Shown: positions 17,292 to 27,470, numbered from the stretch's first letter. The stretch is DNA of 64,000 bases from Truepera sp. (GCA_965218435.1 CBDCKW010000009.1:2848001-2912000); one strand, 5' to 3'. Numbers and translations are program-made. Notes: generated by a model not told the origin, from the letters alone.

Positions 17292-19148
17292 ATGACCGAG
17301 CAGCAAGCAGTCCTTTCTTGGCTTAAAGACGCGCACGCGATGGAGGTTGGTGCGCTGCCGACCCTGCAACACCACGCGGACGCGGCGCAAAACTATCCCG
17401 AAGTCCGCGAGAAACTCTTGCAACATCATGAGCAAACGCGCCGCCACGCCGAACTTATCGGGGGGTGCCTCGAGCGTTTAGGCACCAACCCTTCGGCCCT
17501 TAAAGAAACCGTCGGTACAGCTTTCGGCAAGGTGACCGGGCTCGTTAACCTGCCGACCAAAGACCCGGTTGTTAAAAATGCACTCGGCGACTACGCCGCT
17601 GAACATTTCGAGATTGCCTCGTACAAATCGTTGATCGCAGGCGCTGAAAAGGCCGGAGATTTAAGCACCGCCGACGTCTGCAGACAGATTCTCCAAGAAG
17701 AAGAAGAGATGGCCGGTTGGCTGGGGGGACACATCCCCACGATGACGCAAAAATTTTTAGATGAGCAGACCGGCGAGTCTGAAAGCTCAGACGGAGCCCT
17801 CAGCAAGGTAGGCCAGACCGTCACTGAACTAGGCGAAAAGGGCAAAGACGCGGCGACCAACGTCGGCCCGAAAAACGCGTTGCTGGCAGGGGGTGCGCTG
17901 CTAGCCGGTGCGGGCGCAGCGATGCTGATCGGTCAAGCCTTGCGCCGTAACGATGACAAAAACAGCGAGCAAACCGAGTGGAACGACCTCGGCGACACGA
18001 ACCTCGGCAGCGCCGAATACGGTGCGGCGGAAGCTGATAGTGCGCTTGCAGACGGCACGGTTATAGATGACATGGTTGTAGACGACATAGCTGTAGACGG
18101 CACAGTGATAGACGCGGTCATGGAAACAGACATGGGCCTAGATGACTCAGACCTAGATGACTCATTTGTAGCGGCGAGTGACCCGCTGGGAGCTGAGCCG
18201 CTAGAAATTGAAACGGACGCCGCAACGATGCAAAGTTTAGACGATTCGGCGCTACTAGCCGACTTAGCGGCCGACCTACCCTTAGAAGAGGAGACCGGCG
18301 GCTTGGTCTACACTGAGGTCTGGCTCGAGCCGGGGCTTTACAGCGGTTTTGGGCCGAGCTATGACAGCGCCGGCGACCCCGTTGGTCAAGAGGTCGCGTC
18401 TCGGCTCACGCAGCACGGACAAGTTGACGCCTCAAATATCGAGATTACGGTTGAAAATGGTGATGTGCTTCTCGAGGGTACCGTGGCCGACGAAGAGACC
18501 AAACGCCTGGTAGGTGAGGCGGTCCAAACCGTCACCGGGGTCAATCAGATAGAAAACATGCTGCAGGTGCAAACTGTGCAAACCGGCATGGGTCAAGATA
18601 GTGCAGGTCAAAGCAGTATGAGTCAAGACGGTGCAAGTCAAGGCAGTACAGATCAAAGTAGCAGTGGAGGAAATGACATGAGTGAGTTCGAGCACAGCAC
18701 GACGATTGACGCTTCGCCTGACGACGTTTACGCATTTATGTCGAAAGTTGAAAACCTACCTAAATATCTGCCGACGACCCACAGCGCACAGCCGCAGCAA
18801 GGTGACCGCGTTCGGGTACAGGGCGAAGCGCAAGGGCATGAATACGACGCTGACGGGTTTTTTCGCACCGACAAAGACGCGCACCGCATCGAGTGGGGTG
18901 CGGACGAACAGTACTACTCGGGGTGGCTCGAGGTTACCGGTCAAGGCGAGAACTCAACGATGACCGTCCACCTGTCGTTTTCGGGTGGACCGCCCGCCGG
19001 TGAAGGGGACGCGCCCAGCGACGAGAGTAACAACGCGCCCAACCGAGACGAGATTCAAGAAGGACTGGTCAAGTCGCTCGAGTCGATTAAAAACTTTGTC
19101 GAAGAAGGGCGCTCCGGCGGCAAAGAAGAGCCGAGCGCCGCAACCTAA
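17292..19148 (+). CDS. Ferritin-like DUF892/YciE + acidic linker + BON + SRPBCC fusion protein
   Basis: WLKDAHAME...EHFEIASY...ILQEEEEMA (ferritin-like), ITVENGDVLLEGTV (BON), HSTTIDASPDDVYAFMSKVENLPKY (SRPBCC). Internal GGAGG-N7-ATG at 18678. Confidence 0.8.
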   Translation: MTEQQAVLSWLKDAHAMEVGALPTLQHHADAAQNYPEVREKLLQHHEQTRRHAELIGGCLERLGTNPSALKETVGTAFGKVTGLVNLPTKDPVVKNALGDYAAEHFEIASYKSLIAGAEKAGDLSTADVCRQILQEEEEMAGWLGGHIPTMTQKFLDEQTGESESSDGALSKVGQTVTELGEKGKDAATNVGPKNALLAGGALLAGAGAAMLIGQALRRNDDKNSEQTEWNDLGDTNLGSAEYGAAEADSALADGTVIDDMVVDDIAVDGTVIDAVMETDMGLDDSDLDDSFVAASDPLGAEPLEIETDAATMQSLDDSALLADLAADLPLEEETGGLVYTEVWLEPGLYSGFGPSYDSAGDPVGQEVASRLTQHGQVDASNIEITVENGDVLLEGTVADEETKRLVGEAVQTVTGVNQIENMLQVQTVQTGMGQDSAGQSSMSQDGASQGSTDQSSSGGNDMSEFEHSTTIDASPDDVYAFMSKVENLPKYLPTTHSAQPQQGDRVRVQGEAQGHEYDADGFFRTDKDAHRIEWGADEQYYSGWLEVTGQGENSTMTVHLSFSGGPPAGEGDAPSDESNNAPNRDEIQEGLVKSLESIKNFVEEGRSGGKEEPSAAT

Positions 19149-19173
19149 GCTAACTGGTAACTAAGCAGTTCTA

Positions 19174-19198
19174 AGAGGCGCAACTGCGCCTCTTTTTT
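19174..19198 (+). terminator. Rho-independent terminator
   Basis: AAGAGGCGCA-AC-TGCGCCTCTT followed by a T run. Confidence 0.8.
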
Positions 19199-19244
19199 AA
19201 TAGTTTATAGAGGTAGCGTACGGCGACACAGCTTGCGAACACGC

Positions 19245-19904
19245 TTAGGCAAACGGCGACGTCTCGTAGTTGGCCAGTAGGTCCTGAGGACCGTCATAAA
19301 CGGTGAGGGCTCCCTTGAAGTCTTCGTCATCCCAACCGCCACAGCGAAACGCGATGACGCCGAGGCCGAGGGGCGCAGCAGCTTGCAGATCGTAAGGGGT
19401 GTCGCCAAGCAGCAGGGCTTGATCGGCCGGTAACGAAAGCTTGTCAAGCGCCACCGTCAAGATGTCGGGGTGCGGTTTCGACGCGTTGGCGTCGCTCGAG
19501 GAGGTCTGCTCGCTAAGCAGATCGCTTACGTCGGCCAGCTCGAGGAGCGCCGCCAGCGTATCTTGTCCCGAGGAACTCGCCGCAATCAAGCTCAGTCCGT
19601 CTTCAGTAAACCGCTCTAACAGCTCCCGAACTCCGGGAAACGTGCTTACTTCAGGCAGATAACGCGTTTTGAAAATCTCACTGCGGCGGGCGTCGATGTC
19701 CTGGCGCAGTTTAGAGTCGCCGGTAACCCCGATAACTCTGGGCAGCAGTTCGTCGCCACCCATGCCGATCAGCGGCCGCACCCGCTCAAAAGCTACGTCG
19801 TAGCCAAACGCTTTAAGCGCGTCCACATAAGCGCGTGCGTGCGCGTCGTTGCTGTCTACCAGGGTACCGTCTACATCGAGTAAGACGCCTTTAAGTGTGG
19901 TCAT
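19245..19904 (-). CDS. HAD-family hydrolase
   Basis: DVDGTLVD, SKPHPD, GDTPYD motifs. Confidence 0.9.
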   Translation of the reverse strand: MTTLKGVLLDVDGTLVDSNDAHARAYVDALKAFGYDVAFERVRPLIGMGGDELLPRVIGVTGDSKLRQDIDARRSEIFKTRYLPEVSTFPGVRELLERFTEDGLSLIAASSSGQDTLAALLELADVSDLLSEQTSSSDANASKPHPDILTVALDKLSLPADQALLLGDTPYDLQAAAPLGLGVIAFRCGGWDDEDFKGALTVYDGPQDLLANYETSPFA

Positions 19905-20138
19905 TATGCCCCTTCGGTTGCCGAGGATTTTCGTTCAGGCTCAGCGACCTTTTGCTCGAGTTTAAGTCGTCCCGGCATCTTTACAAAGTAACGAGCCCCG
20001 TCTTCGGCGGGATGCCTTACAAGCTTTGTGCTGGTTTATTGATACTGTATGTGTGTTTAGCTTGAAATCATTGAGTGACGTAAATTCAAGCATCATGCAA
20101 TTAGCCAATGCAACACTAATTATTTTGGACGGTGCAAA

Positions 20139-21488
20139 ATGGATTCTACGACAACTATAGCGAAGAATTGTGATTGTGTATACTGCAAAAACAATAATGA
20201 GTTTAGTTTGTCTAATGAACTATTAGATGCTTTGTTGACTGGTAGAGTTGCGGTTTTCGCAGGAGCTGGAATCAGTACAGAATCTCGGACTGTTTTACCT
20301 GATACGTTTTATGATTTGATAGCAGACCAGCTTGGGCTAACAGGAACATCATTAAGTTTCCCTGAGCTTATGGAGACCTATTGCAGCCAACCGAATGGGA
20401 GATTCAAACTATTACGCGAGATTGAAAATAGATTGGAGTATATTGACTCCTTTCCCGAGTTAAAGGAAGTAGCCTGTAAGTTTCACAACGAGTTAGCAAC
20501 GTTCTTCCCTATGAAGACTATTATAACGACAAATTGGGATACCTATTTTGAAGAGCGTTGCAAAGCTACCCCTTTTGTAGTCGACTCGGACTTAGCATTT
20601 TGGGAAGTTGCTGATAGGCGCGTATTGAAAATTCATGGTTCGGTAAGCAATCTAGGAACTTTGGTCGCAACTACGAGTGACTACGAGGGTTGTCGGGAAA
20701 GACTTAGCACAGGTTTAATCGGTGGACTACTAAAAACTATTTTGGCAACCCAGACAATTATGTTCATTGGCTACTCTTTCTCCGATTCTGACTTCAACGT
20801 CATTTATAATTTTGTCAAGAATCAAATGGCAGGTTTACACAAACAAAGTTATGTAGTAACCCCTTTTCCCAACGATGCTGAAAGATTTAAGGAGATGGGG
20901 CTCATTCCAATACTGACTGACGGAGCGTACTTTTTTGAGCAGATTAAAGAGCATGCAGTAGCTAATGAGCTTATGCTCCCAGACTCAATTTTCGATTCAG
21001 CAGGAGAATTATACGCAGTAGTAAGCGCAGAGCATAACTTGATGCACAAAACAATCAAACTTAAAGATAATCCACAGACAATTTTTTCCGCCTTTTATCA
21101 GGATGGAATCATGCACGCTCTAAGTAGAGCTATTAGGATGAGAGGCACGGGAAAATATTCCAATCCTTCAGAAGTAGTGGGTCCTATCGAAGCTTATCAA
21201 TGCATAAAGAAGGAGAAGAAAAGTCAGGGAGCATACGGGGATGTTGCTTATATTGAGGGGTATGTAAATGCTCTATTTTACCTGGTACTTGACGAAGAGG
21301 CACGTGAACAAATCCCCCTTTACTATGCCTTCGGTTGTAAAGAAGACCTGTATGAGCTTGACGACCTAATAGAGTTCTTACAGGAACATCCAAATGTTCA
21401 TAAAGCTTCACTCAAGCATGCAACTAAAATCTTAAAAACAGTCTCGAATCCCGATTCAATTACATTTCACCACCCTCCCTTACTGTAG
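20139..21488 (+). CDS. SIR2-family (SIR2_2-type) NAD-binding protein, probable anti-phage effector
   Basis: FAGAGIS, TTNWD, LKIHGS, FIGYSFSDSDF motifs. N-terminal CxCxxC. Strongly AT-rich relative to the host. Confidence 0.85.
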   Translation: MDSTTTIAKNCDCVYCKNNNEFSLSNELLDALLTGRVAVFAGAGISTESRTVLPDTFYDLIADQLGLTGTSLSFPELMETYCSQPNGRFKLLREIENRLEYIDSFPELKEVACKFHNELATFFPMKTIITTNWDTYFEERCKATPFVVDSDLAFWEVADRRVLKIHGSVSNLGTLVATTSDYEGCRERLSTGLIGGLLKTILATQTIMFIGYSFSDSDFNVIYNFVKNQMAGLHKQSYVVTPFPNDAERFKEMGLIPILTDGAYFFEQIKEHAVANELMLPDSIFDSAGELYAVVSAEHNLMHKTIKLKDNPQTIFSAFYQDGIMHALSRAIRMRGTGKYSNPSEVVGPIEAYQCIKKEKKSQGAYGDVAYIEGYVNALFYLVLDEEAREQIPLYYAFGCKEDLYELDDLIEFLQEHPNVHKASLKHATKILKTVSNPDSITFHHPPLL

Positions 21489-21688
21489 AAAAGGCAGCAC
21501 ACCCAGCTCGCTGCTATGTTTTTGTCAATAGCATAGATAACTAAGCCTTGCACCATTCCTTGAGCCGACGCCAATAGTAGGTTAAGGTCGCAGGCCGGTG
21601 TCCTTTCCTGCACTCGTGACTAGAAAGGACACCGACAATAAGAAAGCCGCCCTGCTTATCTTTTAACGTGTCGAGGACGGCCTTAGTT

Positions 21689-21735
<47 letters not shown>

Positions 21736-21792
21736 ATGTGCGGATGGGTAAAGTAGCGAAAGCTAACACAAGGCAGGTGAAACGTCAGGCAC

Positions 21793-21875
21793 GGCATAAC
21801 CCCCTAAACAGGGCATAAAGAGGAATAGAGCGAAAATAGGCATAAAAGACCGCTGTAGCTGTACTTAAGCTGTAC
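21793..21875. repeat. Putative Xis/integrase arm-type sites
   Basis: GGCATAA x3 (21793, 21812, 21839) and AGCTGTAC x2 (21857, 21868) just inside the att. Confidence 0.45.
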
Positions 21876-21898
21876 GGTGGTTTATGTGCAGGACATAA

Positions 21899-22909
21899 TT
21901 AAGGGCTATTTTTCAGTGCATCTCGCGTCCGCTTTGCTGCCATACGGCACGCTGACCTTTTGGGGTCGCAGACAGTTTGTTTGCCGCGCTTAAAGAATGG
22001 AGTACCGCAGCCTTCGCATATCCCGATAGCAGATACCCCGTTGACTGCCAAGGCGAGTTCGTACCGTACCCACGCCTCCAAGCCGCAGACAGCGTTAAAA
22101 CATCCCGCCCCAAGTGTTATGCGAACATCAGAGTTCTGAAAGTAGCTCCAGTGGTAGGCGTAGAGCTGTTGTGCGGCGCTCTCAGGCGTTTTAGGTAAAT
22201 GCTGATAGCTAAACAAAGAGGCGTTCTTTAGCGCCTCTGCCAGTTCCGGCTCGAGCTTTTTCAACCGTCGTCTACGCAAGTACAGCGACTCGAGTACGGC
22301 CTCTTGAAGCGCCCCATCACGGGCGTTCTCCGGCATCGCCATGTCCGCATAGTCGAACGCCTGTTTGATACGGTAGCGTTCCGGTTTTTTCCCTGCCTTC
22401 CGGGTTATCTCGTCCTCCGCTCGAGCGGCGTTGATGTGCTGAATCAAGAACAGGTGAAACGCAGTCTGCTTAGCGAATCTCTCCCAGCCTCTTAACGTAT
22501 CGCCCCGCTCCGGGTTCATAAGTGCATATGCCGACGACGCCTTAGACACCCGTTCTGGAAATGATGCGTCACCAATATAGCGAGTGAGTCCGGCAACCGC
22601 TTGTGACGGTTTGACCTTTGCTGTGATGTCACCGCTCAGCAGATGAGGTTTTGCGGCGACAAGACGCGGGTAAGAAGCTGAATCCGCAGGAGCGGCACCA
22701 CCGCCCCAACTGAGCGCCGCGTCTGCCGCCGTGCCGTTAGTGAGCGCACTTTCTCCTTTTGGAACTGGGTATTCCTGCCAGAAGCCCGTGAGCTTCACAC
22801 CTCTCGAAACATCCCAGGCCGGAACCTCGTCCGGCGTCTGCGCCCATTTGACCGGGTAGCGGTGGGGTAGGTATGTGACGGTTTGTGTGACGATTATAGC
22901 GTTTTCCAT
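21899..22909 (-). CDS. Hypothetical regulator with C-terminal CGNR-like zinc finger
   Basis: C-terminus CEGCGTPF...CDPKRSACRMAAKR. TATGAT-N6-ATG at 22909. Divergent from the xis-like gene. Confidence 0.65.
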   Translation of the reverse strand: MENAIIVTQTVTYLPHRYPVKWAQTPDEVPAWDVSRGVKLTGFWQEYPVPKGESALTNGTAADAALSWGGGAAPADSASYPRLVAAKPHLLSGDITAKVKPSQAVAGLTRYIGDASFPERVSKASSAYALMNPERGDTLRGWERFAKQTAFHLFLIQHINAARAEDEITRKAGKKPERYRIKQAFDYADMAMPENARDGALQEAVLESLYLRRRRLKKLEPELAEALKNASLFSYQHLPKTPESAAQQLYAYHWSYFQNSDVRITLGAGCFNAVCGLEAWVRYELALAVNGVSAIGICEGCGTPFFKRGKQTVCDPKRSACRMAAKRTRDALKNSP

Positions 22910-22950
22910 CGTCACATCATACAGCACAATACAGGAGAAGGAGGCGAAAC

Positions 22951-23166
22951 ATGACAAAAGTTTTGCAAAGAGAAACCGGCGCAGAGAATATGAGCCAGAG
23001 GGAATTAGCGCGTTACTTGAAAGTCAGCGAACCGACTTTGCGCCGCAAGCTAACACAAGCAGACTGCGACCTACCGCACCGCCGATTTGGGAGCCGGTAC
23101 GTTTTCTCTAAAGCCGCTGTGGATGCTTGGCTGGCACGACAGGATGAAAGCGTAGGTCAGAGATGA
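22951..23166 (+). CDS. Excisionase/AlpA-like HTH protein
   Basis: SQRELARYLKVSEPTLRR...LPHRRFGSRYVFSKAAVDAWL. GGAGG RBS. Confidence 0.85.
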   Translation: MTKVLQRETGAENMSQRELARYLKVSEPTLRRKLTQADCDLPHRRFGSRYVFSKAAVDAWLARQDESVGQR

Positions 23167-23504
23167 CAGTGCCCGCGTCGGGCAACGCGGGCGGGGATAT
23201 GTCCAGTCTACCAAAACGGCGCTTATCGCGGGGCCGCTGGAGAAGGATTGATTACGAACGTGAGTGGGCCGAACACGAAAATCTACGCGCCTGTGAACGC
23301 GCTTTAACGGCAGTTAATGAATACTCCCGTTATCTCGAGAGTTCGCAAACCCGCAAATCATCTAAACCGTCACACACCGCTGCAAAGACCTCAACCGCTG
23401 CAAAGCCCATTGCACGCTTTATGCCCGATGGCAAAGGGCATAAACCCGACCCGTGCAAAGGTGCAAAAGGTGTCTGGGGCCGTGCCCGGAGGGGCGTCCT
23501 ATGA
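23163..23504 (+). CDS. Hypothetical protein of the element
   Basis: ATGA-coupled to both neighbours. Confidence 0.55.
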   Translation: MTVPASGNAGGDMSSLPKRRLSRGRWRRIDYEREWAEHENLRACERALTAVNEYSRYLESSQTRKSSKPSHTAAKTSTAAKPIARFMPDGKGHKPDPCKGAKGVWGRARRGVL

Positions 23505-24588
23505 GCCTCTGGGATGTCAGCCGCGTAAGCGACCTACCAACGCAGAGTGAAATCAGTTGGGCGTGGCGTAACTACCTACCGCAAGGGGCCGTTAGCATGT
23601 TAGGCGGCCCCGGCGGTGTCGGTAAAAGCGTTATCGTTGCGGCCCTCGAGGTTGCCATAGCGAGCGGTAAACCGTTCTTAGAGGCTGAAGTGCAACAGGG
23701 CGCAGTGCTACACCTGGACTTTGATACCGACGCACGACTACAGGGGCCGTGGTACGCCCGCGTGTCTACCGGAATGGGAGCGCCGGGAAAGGTTTCTCAG
23801 CTCATTCATTACGCCGCACCTACTGAAGAGGGTTCACCCTTTTTGACGAGAGAACGACTAGAGGCACTTACCGAACTCGTGACGACGCACGCCCCGGTGC
23901 TTATCGTCATAGACGCCTGGACAAGTGCGTTTCCTTATATCCGGTCAAACGATGCTGGGGAGGTCGCTCAGGTGATGGCCGTACTGAGAGAACTCGCTAA
24001 GAGCGGCCCTGCTGTGCTCATACTTGACCATACGCCCAAACCGGTAGCCAACGGCCCCAGCTCCTTAGAGCGTGGCTTACTCGGCTCTACGCTGAAGATG
24101 GCCGGGGCGCGGGCCGTGCATCTGCTCTCACGGGTGCAACCGCGTGAGGTTGACGGGAAAGATGTGCAGCGCCTCGATACCGTAAAAAATAACCTCGCCG
24201 CGATTGGCGAGCCGCTAGGGATAGAACGCATCTGGGGAGACGACGGCGCGGTTACGTTTGCTGTAACCGACCTACCCGAAAGCGAATCACGTACCCCCGC
24301 GCTCGAGCGTGCGGCCCGTTGCATCCGAGACAGCTTGATACAAGAAACGCCCCGGAAAGACCTGCTGAAGCAGGTCATCTATGAAGCTAACGTTTCCGAG
24401 CGCACCGCCGCTTCAGCCTTAGCGCGACTCATCACAGCGGGCGAAATTGAGAAAACTGTGCAAGGGCGTGAAACCCTTTATACACCTATTGCAGCTTTGC
24501 AGAGGTCGCAAAAAGACGATGAGCAAGGGCAGAAAAGCGTGCAAGAGGGTTTGCAGATGTCACTGGATTTGCAGCGGTTTGCAGAGGT
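23376..24588. repeat. Inverted iteron clusters (ACCGCTGCAAA-like) at both ends of the helicase gene; putative origin
   Basis: ACCGCTGCAAAG at 23376 and 23394. Reverse copies TTTGCAGCGGT 24568, TTTGCAGAGGT 24496 and 24578, TTTGCAGATGT 24550. Confidence 0.6.
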
Positions 24589-24781
24589 TCCGAGCCGTCC
24601 TGCTACGGACACGACCCCGCCGCCCGCAATCCAAGAACTTTACTGCCGCCTGAAAGCTGGCGACTTCAGCGACCGGCCCGACCTGCACCGCGAACTTGGA
24701 GAACTCTTTAGCGCACGCCCTACTGACGCTGCTCAAAAAGCGCGGTTACTCGAGCTGGCCCGACAGACGGGCGTCAACTGA
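23501..24781 (+). CDS. AAA (RecA/RepA-like, AAA_25-type) replication helicase with C-terminal winged helix
   Basis: Walker A GPGGVGKS, Walker B LIVIDAW, ILDHTPK, VKNN, wHTH VSERTAASALARL. GGAGG RBS before ATG 23501. Confidence 0.82.
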   Translation: MSLWDVSRVSDLPTQSEISWAWRNYLPQGAVSMLGGPGGVGKSVIVAALEVAIASGKPFLEAEVQQGAVLHLDFDTDARLQGPWYARVSTGMGAPGKVSQLIHYAAPTEEGSPFLTRERLEALTELVTTHAPVLIVIDAWTSAFPYIRSNDAGEVAQVMAVLRELAKSGPAVLILDHTPKPVANGPSSLERGLLGSTLKMAGARAVHLLSRVQPREVDGKDVQRLDTVKNNLAAIGEPLGIERIWGDDGAVTFAVTDLPESESRTPALERAARCIRDSLIQETPRKDLLKQVIYEANVSERTAASALARLITAGEIEKTVQGRETLYTPIAALQRSQKDDEQGQKSVQEGLQMSLDLQRFAEVPSRPATDTTPPPAIQELYCRLKAGDFSDRPDLHRELGELFSARPTDAAQKARLLELARQTGVN

Positions 24782-25017
24782 TGGCCCGCCCAAAGAAACT
24801 CACACAGCCTCGTTTGTTGCCCCGGCTCGAGCCCATCAAACCGGGTGACGGCATCCCTTTTGAATCTCTCGCACCCTACCGTTACCAATGCCTGTGCGGA
24901 CACCGCGCCACAACCCGAACGCCGCTTCCAGCTGTTCAATGCGCCCGTTGCGGCGGCACGATGCGACCCACAGACGATGCCTCACCAAGAGGCCGTGAGC
25001 CGCCGCACCGCCCCTGA
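24781..25017 (+). CDS. Small zinc-ribbon protein
   Basis: CLCGH...CARCG. Start overlaps the helicase stop. Confidence 0.55.
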   Translation: MARPKKLTQPRLLPRLEPIKPGDGIPFESLAPYRYQCLCGHRATTRTPLPAVQCARCGGTMRPTDDASPRGREPPHRP

Positions 25018-25062
25018 TTCGCCTATCAACCCTTCGCCTCTCATACCTTTTGGAGAAATCTT

Positions 25063-25389
25063 GTGAACGAACAGCAAACTTTTGAAACCCGTCACGCCGA
25101 ACTTGACGCCGCACTTACCGACCTTGTTCGGGTCGCCGCAATCCGCGCCCCGGATTCACCGGCCCTCACGACCGCGTTACTCTTGCGTAACTCGGTAAAC
25201 GTTTCGGCTAGAGCCGCAGACCCGGTTCAGCACCGTCAAGCGATGAGTCTACTCGAGTCTTGTCTCTCGCAGGTTCAAGCGGGCAAAACCGAGCTTGACT
25301 TGACCGCACCAAAAGGTCAGCCGACCGTAGGCAGGATAAAAAGCGACCTCCAGCGCACCCTGCCACGCGGCCCCGGTCAACGGGGGTAG
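25063..25389 (+). CDS. Hypothetical protein of the element
   Basis: GGAG RBS, co-oriented in the operon. Confidence 0.6.
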   Translation: MNEQQTFETRHAELDAALTDLVRVAAIRAPDSPALTTALLLRNSVNVSARAADPVQHRQAMSLLESCLSQVQAGKTELDLTAPKGQPTVGRIKSDLQRTLPRGPGQRG

Positions 25390-25453
25390 CCTGTGCTCTG
25401 CTCTCACATACTCCTTAACCCCCTGGCACTGAGGCCGGGGGGGGTAGTGTCTC

Positions 25454-25702
25454 ATGAGCGATAAGAAACGCCGCCCTAGACGTGGTAAAGCTGGCGACCT
25501 TGACGGCTTGAAACGTCACTTATGGGCGGCAGTCCTAACGGCTTCCGAGTTGCTAGATGAGCCTGATTCCGGTGTCCGGTTAAAGGCTTGCCACGCTCTT
25601 TCACAGGCCGCTGCTTCTTACCGCGCTGTGTATGCGGATAGCGACCTAGAGCAAAGGCTGACAGCCCTTGAAGGCAAACTTTCGGAGGACGACGATGGGT
25701 AG
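25454..25702 (+). CDS. Small helical protein ending LEQRLTALE (possibly packaging-related)
   Basis: Basic N-terminus and coiled-coil C-terminus. Position after the replication module. Confidence 0.55.
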   Translation: MSDKKRRPRRGKAGDLDGLKRHLWAAVLTASELLDEPDSGVRLKACHALSQAAASYRAVYADSDLEQRLTALEGKLSEDDDG

Positions 25703-26129
25703 CTTGAAGGGGCGCTTAAACCGCCTCGAGCAAAGGAACCGCGCCGCCGAACCCGACCCTCACGCTCGTTGCCGCGAGCTATTTCAAGCTCGTCACTCAA
25801 TTAGCAACCCCTGCGCAACCTGGACACCGCAAACCATTCTCCCTGAATCACGTCCTATTGATGACCCCGCCCTTTATCCACTGCTCTCGTGCTTTGTCGG
25901 AGTTGATTCCGCATGTCCGCACAACCGTTGGGCTGATTACAGCTTCAGGCGTGATAAGCACCTATTCGGGCTGCGTCACCTCAGTGAAGCTGACCTTGAC
26001 GAAGCAGGCCCGCCGGTGTCGCCGGAAGTTCTGGAGCGTCAGCATGAAGCTGTTGCTGCTTTGAGGGAACGGATTACGTTAAACCTGTCTCGCCTCGAGG
26101 CCCGCCTTATCAAAGTAAAAGGAGAGTAA
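25695..26129 (+). CDS. Hypothetical protein (MGSLKGRLNRLE...)
   Basis: GGAGG RBS before ATG 25695. Overlaps the previous gene. Confidence 0.6.
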   Translation: MGSLKGRLNRLEQRNRAAEPDPHARCRELFQARHSISNPCATWTPQTILPESRPIDDPALYPLLSCFVGVDSACPHNRWADYSFRRDKHLFGLRHLSEADLDEAGPPVSPEVLERQHEAVAALRERITLNLSRLEARLIKVKGE

Positions 26130-26131
26130 GA

Positions 26132-26452
26132 ATGCTTCAATTTCAGCTTGACCGTCTCAAGAACGAAGCCAGAGCTGCACTCGAGAGCTATCTAGACCGC
26201 TTGACCTTACCGGAACTTCAAGGTTTTGACCCGACTCGTCCGCTCGAGCTGACCCTACACGCCTCACTTCGCACGTCCGGCCCGTTACCGCTACAGACGC
26301 TCGAGCTTGTGGCAACGCCGCTTCAGACTCACAAGGTGACGAACCTACTCACATCCGGCGCGACCCCAGAGGAACCGGAGAAGATACAGCCTTTAGAAGC
26401 CTACGTTTCGTCTGAAGACCTTATCCGTTTGGACGACCTCCTAAAATCGTAG
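26132..26452 (+). CDS. Hypothetical protein of the element
   Basis: AAGGAG RBS, followed by a hairpin at 26471-26500. Confidence 0.6.
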   Translation: MLQFQLDRLKNEARAALESYLDRLTLPELQGFDPTRPLELTLHASLRTSGPLPLQTLELVATPLQTHKVTNLLTSGATPEEPEKIQPLEAYVSSEDLIRLDDLLKS

Positions 26453-26546
26453 ACGCACCAGAGAACGGACGAAGCCTCGGTACGATAACCGGGGCTCTTC
26501 AGTTATGTAAGGCTACTCCTCAACCGGGGGCATGTCCGGGTACGGT

Positions 26547-27170
26547 TTATCTTTGGATAACTGGCAAGTCACTTATTTTTGTAAAAGTGAAAGTACCGTT
26601 TTCGGGGTCGCCAACTGACGTAATTGTAAATTGCCCTTGTCCGGTTATGACCTGCTCACCTCGGCTGTTCGTACTAATCTGACTGTCAGTGTCGAAACCA
26701 ACAAGTTGCACGTAACTGTCGCCGCCCAAATCATTGACCAAACCGACGCCTAGACTGTCACCTGAGTTTAGTTTGTAGGTGCCGATAAGCCCGGTGCCGA
26801 AGGACACGGCGGGCGGTTCACAACCATCTATCCCACATAGCTGATATGCGCCTCGGCTGCCTGTAAACCCGTCAGTTGTGACACTCTCGGTGATGCTGAC
26901 TTGTCCCTGAAGTGAAGTATTAAGCCGGTCAAAATCAAACTCCCAGCGCCATTCGCCGTAGTAGTCCGCCGTAGGCGTCGTGGGGGGTTGTGTCGGCGGG
27001 GTCGTAGGTGGCGTGGTCGGCGGCGTTACGGGCGGCGTGGGTATTGTCGGCGGTGCGGGCGTTGTCGGTGGTGCAGGGTCAACCGGTGGGGTGGGTGTTG
27101 GGTTGCCACCTCCACATGCTGCCAAGAGCAGGGCAAGCGTAAGAGGTAAAGCGATAAGAAAACGTTTCAT
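26547..27170 (-). CDS. Pro/Thr-rich lipoprotein (cargo)
   Basis: Lipobox LLAAC, PT-rich linker, beta-rich C-terminal domain. AAGGAG RBS. Confidence 0.8.
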   Translation of the reverse strand: MKRFLIALPLTLALLLAACGGGNPTPTPPVDPAPPTTPAPPTIPTPPVTPPTTPPTTPPTQPPTTPTADYYGEWRWEFDFDRLNTSLQGQVSITESVTTDGFTGSRGAYQLCGIDGCEPPAVSFGTGLIGTYKLNSGDSLGVGLVNDLGGDSYVQLVGFDTDSQISTNSRGEQVITGQGQFTITSVGDPENGTFTFTKISDLPVIQR

Positions 27171-27470
27171 GCAAACTCCTTTGTGTAGGTCTGACCCTCT
27201 GGCATCTTAACTTAATATGAGCAGCTTATGAAAGCACGATAACGCATCTCTAGCTATTGGTTATCAAGTTTTTTCACATGACGTGTTTGAAATGCCTACC
27301 GTCACCTTTAGCGTTCGTGTTGGTACGGCTGCATGGAAGAGCCCCAGCCAAATGTTGGGGCTCTTTCTCTGTTGGAGGAGCTACGCTTTGGCCTTACCGA
27401 CGCCAAGCATCACCGTATCGCTAAGCTTACGACCGTAGCTTTCGGCCTCGGCATTAAGCTAGAATCACGT

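Noticed and set aside
26980..27210. Gly/Val-rich plus-strand ORF
   Set aside because: Antisense of the Pro/Thr linker of the lipoprotein 26547..27170.
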